Shown here in pieces: positions 49,193 to 55,977 of a DNA stretch of 64,000 bases. The number at the start of each line of letters is the position of its first letter. Positions within the stretch are counted from its first letter, which is position 1. Source of the stretch: Candidatus Saccharimonadales bacterium (GTDB taxonomy: Bacteria > Patescibacteriota > Saccharimonadia > QS-5-54-17). The stretch covers positions 326,038 to 390,037 of the forward strand of contig JBBDUI010000002.1 in NCBI GenBank assembly GCA_040903985.1. The letters run 5' to 3'. A program made the translations under genes and the position numbers. Below the pieces are notes generated by a model, which had not been told where the DNA came from, did no database searches, and saw only the letters and a program-made list of their open reading frames with translations.

Positions 49193-49588
49193 CTACTTAA
49201 TCTCTGGGTACTTATCCGGCTTTGTCTCGAAATACTCTATCCAGGGACTGTCGTTCGGCACCGACACCTGCTCGATCCAGATTGACTGCACAAAGCCGCC
49301 TTTCTTCCTTAGCTTTGCTTCATGGAGCTCGACAAACTTAGCCCTATCATCGCTCCTCAGCCCTTCAACTAGCGCATCGATAACCAGCTGGACGTCGGCC
49401 AGCTCCTCCAAGAAATCGTCTTGATCGCTAGCTGCCGAGATTTCCTGCGACTCCTCATTAAGCTTTTCCGTCAGTTTAGCCTGTCGTTCAGCTCCCTCTA
49501 GCACTCGATACTTAACCTCGCAGCCCTCATCCTGCATCGCATCTAGTATCTTATCTCTGATTACTTTCCCGAAGTAAAATGTTCTCAT
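49193..49588 (-). CDS. MazG/HisE-like nucleoside triphosphate pyrophosphohydrolase domain protein
   Basis: EELADVQLVIDALVEGL is a typical NTP-PPase metal-binding helix. 131 aa. Confidence 0.5.
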   Translation of the reverse strand: MRTFYFGKVIRDKILDAMQDEGCEVKYRVLEGAERQAKLTEKLNEESQEISAASDQDDFLEELADVQLVIDALVEGLRSDDRAKFVELHEAKLRKKGGFVQSIWIEQVSVPNDSPWIEYFETKPDKYPEIK

Positions 49589-49814
49589 AGCAGCTCCTTG
49601 CAGGCATTATACATATTTTCACTTCGTAAAAGATCAGGTTCGAATCCGCTATCAAAGATAGCCATAGAATTAAAAATACCCTCTAACGAGGGCAGTGATT
49701 GGCTGTTTGCCCAGACAAAACGATACTGTTTTGTCTGGAGAAGGAAGACAAACCGAAAGCTGAAAGTAAAACAGCTTCCGCTGTTTGTACGGAAGCTATA
49801 GGTTTAGTCTGACG

Positions 49815-49891
49815 TGGTGTCCTCGGCAGGATTCGAACCTGCGGCCTTTGGCTCCGCAAGCCAACGCTCTATCCAGCTGAGCTACGAGGAC
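49815..49891 (-). tRNA. tRNA-Arg (anticodon GCG as read), CCA encoded
   Basis: Reverse complement GUCCUCGUAGCUCAGCUGGAUAGAGCG-UUGGC-UUGCGGA-GCCAA-AGGCC-GCAGGUUCGAAUCCUGC-CGAGGAC-A-CCA. It is co-linear with E. coli tRNA-Arg(ACG). The anticodon loop reads U-U-GCG-G-A. Confidence 0.75.
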
Positions 49892-49953
49892 ACATACCCT
49901 TCATTATGCCATCTTTAATCAGTTTCTCAATCACTTTAAGCCTAAAATAGGCC

Positions 49954-50802
49954 CTACAGCTTGAGGCGTCTACTCAAACGGTCCACAGTATCCGGCTTGC
50001 GCTCCTCAAACGGAAGTCGATTCATCAGTATATCTAGTACTTGCTCTTCGGTCTTTGGTTCTAAGTTAACACTTAAGCTAGGCGAAAAACGCTTGGTTGG
50101 TATTAACTCTACAACTTGAGCGGTATCGCCCATCATACTGAAAGCCCGCAAGTCACTGAAAGAATAGTGTCTCTCACCAAGGGTAATGCCATCCTCGTAT
50201 AGCGCATATGACTCAAGGTGTCCATGGCGGCGATTCGACACGATCAGTGCCACTACACCTAAGATTACGGCAACCGCGCTAAGTACTGAGCTGAAGTTAA
50301 ACCCTCCCACTACAAACAAAGCTACCGTAACCAGAAGTCCTACGCCTCCGTAAACTAGCACCTGGCGCGAGCTACTACTGCCGCTGACCGGCTCGGCAGC
50401 CTGCCAAGAAAGCAAGGGGGCGTCGTCTGTCTGATCTACAGCCGGTGCAGTAGGATAATCTGCCGGATCGGTCGCCACCTCTTCCGGTAGTGGTTGAGGG
50501 GGTGTACCTGATGGCGATAAGGGCCGGTCTGAAACAGAGGGTACAGATGGTGTAGGAGTAAGGGGCTCGGCCACAGCGGCCGGTTCTGGAGCTACCGGTG
50601 GCTGCTGCTGCATCGCCATTTCTATCTGGGCGATCTCATCCGGCGTCTTGGGCGCGACTGGCTGAGACCCCGGAGCGGCCTCTTCTTTCACTACTGGCTC
50701 AGGTACTGGCGGCGGAGTCACTAAATCGGCCGGGCGATTTGCCGGTAGATCAGTATTGCTAGATTGAGGAGTAAATATTTGTCCGGGTCGCTGGTCTTTC
50801 AT
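49954..50802 (-). CDS. Hypothetical membrane protein with Pro-rich N-terminal region
   Basis: About 160 aa of Pro/Ala/Thr-rich low complexity, a central TM pair, and a C-terminal globular region. Confidence 0.45.
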   Translation of the reverse strand: MKDQRPGQIFTPQSSNTDLPANRPADLVTPPPVPEPVVKEEAAPGSQPVAPKTPDEIAQIEMAMQQQPPVAPEPAAVAEPLTPTPSVPSVSDRPLSPSGTPPQPLPEEVATDPADYPTAPAVDQTDDAPLLSWQAAEPVSGSSSSRQVLVYGGVGLLVTVALFVVGGFNFSSVLSAVAVILGVVALIVSNRRHGHLESYALYEDGITLGERHYSFSDLRAFSMMGDTAQVVELIPTKRFSPSLSVNLEPKTEEQVLDILMNRLPFEERKPDTVDRLSRRLKL

Positions 50803-50919
50803 AACTTGGATTATAGCAAACGCTTATGTTTTTAGCCCGCTCACTAATTAGCTTTGACTACTACTGCGACTCTAGTTTGCTTAAAATCATTGCTGTACAA
50901 TTAACTCTGACTGAGGTGA

Positions 50920-51009
50920 GGAGAGGTGGCCGAGCGGTTGAAGGCACTGGTCTTGAAAACCAGCAGGCCCTCACGGGTCTCGTGGGTTCGAATCCCACCC
51001 TCTCCGCCA
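50920..51009 (+). tRNA. tRNA-Ser (anticodon TGA), CCA encoded
   Basis: GGAGAGGUGGCCGAGCGGUUGAAGGCA-CUGGU-CUUGAAA-ACCAG... long variable arm ...GUGGGUUCGAAUCCCAC-CCUCUCC-G-CCA. Confidence 0.85.
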
Positions 51010-51086
51010 GTCGATAAGTGTTACACTTTAAAATACGGCCGAGCTGCAGCTATGCTCAATCGGAGAAGTACAGCTATCAAGCACGT

Positions 51087-51179
51087 GGAGAGGTACCCAA
51101 GAGGCTGAAGGGGCTGGTTTGCTAAACCGGTAGGGGGGAGCAATCCCCCGCGAGGGTTCGAATCCCTCCCTCTCCGCCA
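51087..51179 (+). tRNA. tRNA-Ser (anticodon GCT), CCA encoded
   Basis: GGAGAGGUACCCAAGAGGCUGAAGGGG-CUGGU-UUGCUAA-ACCGG... long variable arm ...GAGGGUUCGAAUCCCUC-CCUCUCC-G-CCA. Confidence 0.85.
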
Positions 51180-51188
51180 AAGAAAAAT

Positions 51189-51216
51189 CCTTGCATGAAT
51201 GCAGGGGTTTTTCTTT
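51189..51216 (+). terminator. Intrinsic terminator after tRNA-Ser(GCT)
   Basis: CCUUGCA-UGAA-UGCAGGG(G) followed by UUUUUCUUU. Confidence 0.65.
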
Positions 51217-51367
51217 GGTATAGGGAAGCAAATGAATAGTTTCAGTTGCGAGGGATTCGAGCAGGCGGAGCGATGTCTAAGTTTACCCTGCCAACGGCAG
51301 GGTAAGGCGAAGACCGCGAGCCATGCCGACGAGAAAATTCCGTCAGGAGTTTTACTCGTGGGGCGAT

Positions 51368-51383
51368 AACCCTCCCTCTCCGC
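51368..51383 (+). repeat. 16-nt direct copy of the tRNA-Ser(GCT) 3' end (CCCTCCCTCTCCGCCA)
   Basis: Exact match to 51164-51179, 189 bp downstream in the same orientation. Followed by GGAGAG, which can pair back on it. Confidence 0.5.
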
Positions 51384-51447
51384 CAGGAGAGTGTATCCGA
51401 GCTGTAAGCTCGGGTATAGTCTCCTGGACTGGGACTCGAACCTAAAT

Positions 51448-52119
51448 CTAATGTTTCGCTACCACCACCGCATCCACTCGTTTCGCGCCGCCCGCCCGCA
51501 AAAGTCGGGCGCATTCGTTTAGAGTGGCTCCAGTCGTCACCACGTCATCAACTAGCAGTACGCGTAGGCCTTTGACTCGGTCTGTACTCCGCAGCTTAAT
51601 GCTGCCCCTCACTTGGATTAAGCGCTGCTTGCGATCGGCACCGACCTGACGCAATCTACCCGCCTTATATCCCGTCTCGATGCAGGGTAGATCCATTAGA
51701 CGGGCTAATGCCCTAGCCAACTCTGCCGCCTGATTATAGCCCCGACGGCGAAAGCTGCGTGCAGTAGTTGGAGCCCAGGTAATCACATCGTAGCTCTGCT
51801 CCAGACTCACTAATTTAGTCGCTAGCAGTCGCGCCAAGGGAGTAGTCGCGTCTATACCGTTCTCGTACTTAAGGTAGCGAATCAGTTCCTTCACTAGACC
51901 GTCGTACTGGCTGGCCACCACCACCCGATAGAGCTGACTCTGCTTGCGGCAGCGGCTACAGGTACGAAAGCTCGGGCTGAGACGGTTACAGTTATAGCAG
52001 GTCTCTGCTCGGGGATTATCGAGATAGGGAAGGCAGTCGCGACATACCAGCTCACCGGTCGCACCGCAGCGACGGCAGGTGTGAGGCGCTATCAGTTTGA
52101 GGATTTGCTTGAAAAACAT
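51448..52119 (-). CDS. ComF family protein (competence protein ComFC-like, phosphoribosyltransferase domain)
   Basis: N-terminal Cys-rich zinc region CRRCG...CRDC...CYNC...CSRC. C-terminal PRTase motif VLLVDDVVTTGATLNE. Confidence 0.75.
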   Translation of the reverse strand: MFFKQILKLIAPHTCRRCGATGELVCRDCLPYLDNPRAETCYNCNRLSPSFRTCSRCRKQSQLYRVVVASQYDGLVKELIRYLKYENGIDATTPLARLLATKLVSLEQSYDVITWAPTTARSFRRRGYNQAAELARALARLMDLPCIETGYKAGRLRQVGADRKQRLIQVRGSIKLRSTDRVKGLRVLLVDDVVTTGATLNECARLLRAGGAKRVDAVVVAKH

Positions 52120-52208
52120 AGGATTTGCTTGCGTAAGTACACCTTATGTAGCTATAATAGGCGAAAATAGAAAACAAATGGAGTAACTAATACGCAAACG
52201 GAGGTGCT

Positions 52209-52685
52209 ATGGCTGCACGTGATAACGACCTAGATGATTTATTTGCCGAAGAACTCGAAGGTGATTTTTTAAATGATACCCCGGCTCAGACTAGCCCGGT
52301 AGCTGCTAACGACAGCGATAACAGTACGGAATCTGATGACTGGTTAGCCGAATCAGAAGTACCAGGTCAACTAGCGGTAGATGTCTACCAGACCAAGGAA
52401 AGCATCGTAGTGGTAGCTCCAGTCCCTGGCGTCAGTAAGGCCGACCTCGACCTTAGTATCGTCGAAAGCACCTTAACGGTCCGCGGCGCTCGCCGTGAGA
52501 GCGAGAAGATCCGTACTAGCGACTACTTCGTTCAGGAATGCTATTGGGGAGAGTTCTCTCGCTCTATAATTCTACCGGTCCAGGTCAAGGAAGAAGAGGC
52601 TGAAGCCGAGCTCAAAGACGGTATGCTGACAGTCACTATTCCTAAAGCTGAACAAGACCGCATCAAGAAGATCAGCATTAGCTAA
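52209..52685 (+). CDS. Small heat-shock protein (Hsp20/alpha-crystallin) with acidic N-terminal extension
   Basis: Alpha-crystallin domain AVDVYQTKESIVVVAPVPGVSKADLDLSIVESTLTVRG...KDGMLTVTIPK. Upstream candidate promoter TTGCGT-18-TATAAT and a tandem AGGATTTGCTTG direct repeat. Confidence 0.85.
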   Translation: MAARDNDLDDLFAEELEGDFLNDTPAQTSPVAANDSDNSTESDDWLAESEVPGQLAVDVYQTKESIVVVAPVPGVSKADLDLSIVESTLTVRGARRESEKIRTSDYFVQECYWGEFSRSIILPVQVKEEEAEAELKDGMLTVTIPKAEQDRIKKISIS

Positions 52686-52712
52686 ACTGCCCGGCGGTAG
52701 TCCGCACCCAAG

Positions 52713-52741
52713 AATAACCCCGCCATGATGGCGGGGTTATT
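52713..52741. terminator. Bidirectional hairpin terminator between hsp20 and pilin array
   Basis: AAUAACCCCGCCAU-G-AUGGCGGGGUUAUU, a 14 bp perfect stem between convergent transcription units. Confidence 0.6.
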
Positions 52742-52774
52742 CTCTTGCATCAACCTCTATGCACTCCGCTAGAT

Positions 52775-53122
52775 CTAAGTGGCGTTACCCTGGCTCAGCT
52801 GATCGATCACAAAGTCGACGGCAGCCCAGGATAGGAAGGCGACGATGATACCGATGATGGCGTAGAGAATAGTATTCTTAGCTCCTTCAACGGCACTGGA
52901 ATCACCTCCGGATACTACGTAGCGGAAACCACCGATGATTAGCATGATGACGGCGATGGCACCGAGTAGAGAAAGAAGGGTGTTAGCGATCGACTCAAAC
53001 ACCCCACCCGAACCGAATAAGCTATCGGCTACACCGCTGGGTTTAGTCGCATTAACCCCCCGCTCCAGGCTAGACTGAGCCACAGTATTAATAGCGCTTT
53101 GCAATATGCTGAGTTTATCCAT
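52775..53122 (-). CDS. VirB2/TrbC-like T4SS pilin-family paralog 1 (no signal peptide; possible silent/cassette copy)
   Basis: C-terminal 57 aa LGAIAVIMLIIGGFRYVVSGGDSSAVEGAKNTILYAIIGIIVAFLSWAAVDFVIDQL are identical to paralog 2. The N-terminus is hydrophilic. No RBS within 15 nt of the ATG. Confidence 0.6.
   Translation of the reverse strand: MDKLSILQSAINTVAQSSLERGVNATKPSGVADSLFGSGGVFESIANTLLSLLGAIAVIMLIIGGFRYVVSGGDSSAVEGAKNTILYAIIGIIVAFLSWAAVDFVIDQLSQGNAT
52798..52970 (-). repeat. 173-bp exact direct repeat shared by pilin paralogs 1 and 2 (second copy at 53274-53446)
   Basis: Identical nucleotide sequence at an offset of 476 bp. Encodes the conserved C-terminal double-TM hairpin. Confidence 0.8.
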
Positions 53123-53224
53123 AGTCTATGAGCCGAACTGTACGCCCGGCCGCTCCCTAGTTAATGATTAGCGAATTAACTATATTATACAATAAATTGT
53201 GCTTCATACAAAGAGTAACCGACC

Positions 53225-53254
53225 CTGGGTCGGGTCGGTTACTGACTAGCCTGG
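53225..53254 (-). terminator. Hairpin terminator after pilin paralog 2
   Basis: AGUAACCGACCC-UGGGUC-GGGUCGGUUACU, a 12 bp stem just downstream of the paralog 2 stop on the minus strand. Confidence 0.5.
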
Positions 53255-53266
53255 TAGACCAGATTC

Positions 53267-53650
53267 TTACTGAAGCTGATCGATCACAAAGTCGACGGCA
53301 GCCCAGGATAGGAAGGCGACGATGATACCGATGATGGCGTAGAGAATAGTATTCTTAGCTCCTTCAACGGCACTGGAATCACCTCCGGATACTACGTAGC
53401 GGAAACCACCGATGATTAGCATGATGACGGCGATGGCACCGAGTAGAAGGAGTAGGATGTTAGCGACTGTCTGGAAGACTCCACCGGCCTCAAACAAGGA
53501 ACTAGCTGTTCCTTCAGGCTTAACATCATTCAACTTATCGCCACCCAACTGGGCAAAGGCACTAGATGGTGTTAGTACGGCGGTAAAGAATATTGCCGCT
53601 TCTAGCAGCTTACGCTGAACGCCTTTCGAGATAGTTTGTAATTTTTTCAC
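53267..53650 (-). CDS. VirB2/TrbC-like T4SS pilin-family paralog 2 (likely major expressed copy)
   Basis: GTG start with GGAGG RBS 8 nt upstream. Own -10 TATAAT at ~53697-53702 on the minus strand. Signal peptide ending AFA-QL, variable region, then the conserved double-TM C-terminus. Confidence 0.7.
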   Translation of the reverse strand: MKKLQTISKGVQRKLLEAAIFFTAVLTPSSAFAQLGGDKLNDVKPEGTASSLFEAGGVFQTVANILLLLLGAIAVIMLIIGGFRYVVSGGDSSAVEGAKNTILYAIIGIIVAFLSWAAVDFVIDQLQ

Positions 53651-53733
53651 TTAAATTCTCCTCTTATTAGATATTCTGTTTCGATGACTTATGCTGAAAT
53701 TATAGCATAATTGCAGACATTCAAAAATCTTAA

Positions 53734-54207
53734 CTATCGGGGTCTAGAAGTTCCACCTGCACCACTATTCTCACTCTGCGACTGAGTCGTTGTTCCGCTA
53801 TTAGCTAGCTGATCGATCACAAAGTCGACGGCAGCCCAAGATAGGAAGGCGACGATAATGCCAACGATAGCGTAGAGAATGGTGTTGCGTGCGCCCTGGA
53901 CGGCATTCGAATCACCCCCAGAGACGACGAAGCGAAAGGCCCCAATTACTAGCATGATAACCGCTACCGCCCCCAGCACGAGAAGGAGTACATCGATAAC
54001 CGTCTTCACCGTATCGATCAGCTCTGGGCTATCGCCACCCATACTACACTCACTACCAGTCCAGCTACCACCGGCACCGATACAGGCCGACTCCTGCGCC
54101 GTCTGGGCATAAACCACATTCACGGTGCCTACGGTGCCGAACGCGAGCACACCCGCTACTACGATTAACATGCTAGATAGTATTTTTCTCATCCTGTCCC
54201 TTATCAT
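53734..54207 (-). CDS. VirB2/TrbC-like T4SS pilin-family paralog 3
   Basis: Signal peptide, Cys-containing variable region (ACIGAGGSWTGSECS), and conserved C-terminus LGAVAVIMLVIGAFRFVVSGGDSNAVQGARNTILYAIVGIIVAFLSWAAVDFVIDQL with a Gly/Ser/Thr-rich tail. Confidence 0.65.
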   Translation of the reverse strand: MIRDRMRKILSSMLIVVAGVLAFGTVGTVNVVYAQTAQESACIGAGGSWTGSECSMGGDSPELIDTVKTVIDVLLLVLGAVAVIMLVIGAFRFVVSGGDSNAVQGARNTILYAIVGIIVAFLSWAAVDFVIDQLANSGTTTQSQSENSGAGGTSRPR

Positions 54208-54566
54208 ACTGCACCCAGGGCAAACTGCACAATTATCTTAGCGGCAGCGGCCACCACTACCCCGACCAGAGAATAGATGATAGCCTCTCGGGCTCGCTTA
54301 GTCCGGTCCGGGCTACCCCCAGAGGTAGTGTAGATAAATCCGGCGACAATGATTACTACCACCGCTCCGATACCCATCACCCACAGTAGTAAGTCAGTAA
54401 TCGTATCGATGATACCAAGCACGGCATTTTGGTCAGCACTCTCACACTCCGCCCGATTGGGGTTATGCTGACAGACTATCTCCTGAGCTGACTGAGCTAA
54501 CGCCGGAGCTGCTCCGCTCAACATCATAACGAGAATTAGTCCGGTACTTATAATTGTCTGTTTCAT
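54204..54566 (-). CDS. VirB2/TrbC-like T4SS pilin-family paralog 4 (divergent)
   Basis: Signal peptide ALA-QS, Cys pair in the variable region, and a double-TM C-terminus: AVVVIIVAGFIYTTSGGSPDRTKRAREAIIYSLVGVVVAAAAKIIVQF. Confidence 0.6.
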   Translation of the reverse strand: MKQTIISTGLILVMMLSGAAPALAQSAQEIVCQHNPNRAECESADQNAVLGIIDTITDLLLWVMGIGAVVVIIVAGFIYTTSGGSPDRTKRAREAIIYSLVGVVVAAAAKIIVQFALGAV

Positions 54567-55063
54567 AGGTTATTTATCACAAAGTTTACGATAGTATAGG
54601 CCAGCACGCTAACCAATAGGCCGACTACGGCATAGAGGATAGTATTACGCGCGCTCTTCACTCCGTCCGGGCTACCGGCGGTAAAGACGAATTTGATCCC
54701 ACCGATGATAATGAAGACGGTAGCCAGCGCGCCAGTAATGACGAATACGATGTTAAGCACGCGGTTAAGAGCATTCTGATCCGCCTCAACATCCGGTATG
54801 CCTAGATCGTCTGCACTGCCCAGCGTACCAATATTAGCTGCTCCCGTACTGTCGACTCCGTTCTTATCTTCACAGAAGTCCACGCTATATCCCGGATATG
54901 GAGCTGGCTGTGGCACAGTCGTTCCATCATTACACTGCAGATCATCAGCATACACGACCGAAACACTCAGGTGCATCGTGAATGTAAGGATAACACTAGA
55001 GATCAATAGGAATCCGAAGACTCTAAGATCATGCGACGAGTAAATACCTTTTATAAAGTGCAT
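54563..55063 (-). CDS. VirB2/TrbC-like T4SS pilin-family paralog 5
   Basis: Signal peptide, Cys pair (CNDG...FCEDK), and conserved C-terminus IIIGGIKFVFTAGSPDGVKSARNTILYAVVGLLVSVLAYTIVNFVINNL. Confidence 0.6.
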   Translation of the reverse strand: MHFIKGIYSSHDLRVFGFLLISSVILTFTMHLSVSVVYADDLQCNDGTTVPQPAPYPGYSVDFCEDKNGVDSTGAANIGTLGSADDLGIPDVEADQNALNRVLNIVFVITGALATVFIIIGGIKFVFTAGSPDGVKSARNTILYAVVGLLVSVLAYTIVNFVINNL

Positions 55064-55417
55064 TTAGAATAGCCCCGCAACGAAGCCCACTAACGTACTG
55101 GCTAGAATCGCTATTACTAATCCTATCAGGGCATTAAGTAGTATCTTCTTTGCACTCTCGACAGCCGACGAGCTACCGCCGGAGGTGATGTAGCGGATAC
55201 CGCCGAAAATAATGAAGATTACAGCTAGTAGCCCAGCCAAGCGAATCGTTATATCCATGACGTTAGCTACTACTACCCAAAGATTATTAATATCCTGAAA
55301 GACTACCTGGCCTCCGTCACACTCTAGGCCGCGATACCAGTTAGGAAAGCCAAGGAAGTTGCTTGTACTCGGACACACTGCAGCAAACGTGTTTAGCAAA
55401 GGCTCAAAGTAGCTCAT
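55064..55417 (-). CDS. VirB2/TrbC-like T4SS pilin-family paralog 6
   Basis: Conserved C-terminus LLAVIFIIFGGIRYITSGGSSSAVESAKKILLNALIGLVIAILASTLVGFVAGLF. Weak N-terminal signal. Confidence 0.55.
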   Translation of the reverse strand: MSYFEPLLNTFAAVCPSTSNFLGFPNWYRGLECDGGQVVFQDINNLWVVVANVMDITIRLAGLLAVIFIIFGGIRYITSGGSSSAVESAKKILLNALIGLVIAILASTLVGFVAGLF

Positions 55418-55882
55418 CTATAGTATCCCTCCCGGAATTACGAAGTTAAGGATAGCCGCCATAAAAATAAACAGCAGCAGAGCCTCAAAAGCTTCCGTTA
55501 TCCGCTTTTTAGCGTGCGCCATACCTTCTGGGTTACCGGAAGAAGTGATGTACTGCACCCCACCAACCGTGATCATGAGGGCAATTACCAGGCCTACTCC
55601 ACCGGCTAAGAAACGAATGATCCAGCCCAAGTAGACAATAATCGGGTTAGTAGCTGCGTCGTCACCTCTAGGAACACAATTCTCCCCGTCCAGACCTACA
55701 CTGACATGTATCTCGTCATTTGCACAATGGTCGGCTATAACTGGAGCTACAGATAGTACCCCGATAAGGAGTATTACCCCAGCCAAAGAGGCGATACATA
55801 GTAATTTAAATTTGGCTCCGTTATTTATTTTTCTCATAGATTTAAGCAAATTATATAAGGTACTAAGTATTTCTACAACCAT
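55418..55882 (-). CDS. VirB2/TrbC-like T4SS pilin-family paralog 7 (first gene of array)
   Basis: Signal peptide, Cys pair (HCAND...ENCVP), and a double-TM C-terminus LVIALMITVGGVQYITSSGNPEGMAHAKKRITEAFEALLLFIFMAAILNFVIPGGIL. Confidence 0.55.
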   Translation of the reverse strand: MVVEILSTLYNLLKSMRKINNGAKFKLLCIASLAGVILLIGVLSVAPVIADHCANDEIHVSVGLDGENCVPRGDDAATNPIIVYLGWIIRFLAGGVGLVIALMITVGGVQYITSSGNPEGMAHAKKRITEAFEALLLFIFMAAILNFVIPGGIL

Positions 55883-55909
55883 ACAGCTGTTGCATGTTCT
55901 TTTCGCCTA

Positions 55910-55938
55910 TTGACATTTATAAGCACAGGTGTTATAGT
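55910..55938 (+). promoter_or_regulatory. Sigma-70 consensus-like promoter for the plus-strand T4SS operon
   Basis: TTGACA, 17 nt spacer, TATAGT. Lies in the divergent intergenic region between the pilin array and ORF 55978. Confidence 0.5.
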
Positions 55939-55977
55939 TAAAAGTATAGATTTAAGTTCGAAAGGCTACTTTAAATC

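Noticed and set aside
49640-49665. GGTTCGAATCC T-loop-like motif in the MazG-like/tRNA-Arg intergenic region
   Set aside because: Flanking sequence gives no complementary T-stem or acceptor stem. The region is better explained by two terminator hairpins (49700-49730 and 49765-49800).
51400-51447. tRNA-like T-arm GGUUCGAGUCCCAGUCC on the minus strand at the 3' end of comF
   Set aside because: No matching acceptor or anticodon arm can be folded. The segment is the comF C-terminal coding sequence and its immediate downstream region. Coincidental resemblance.
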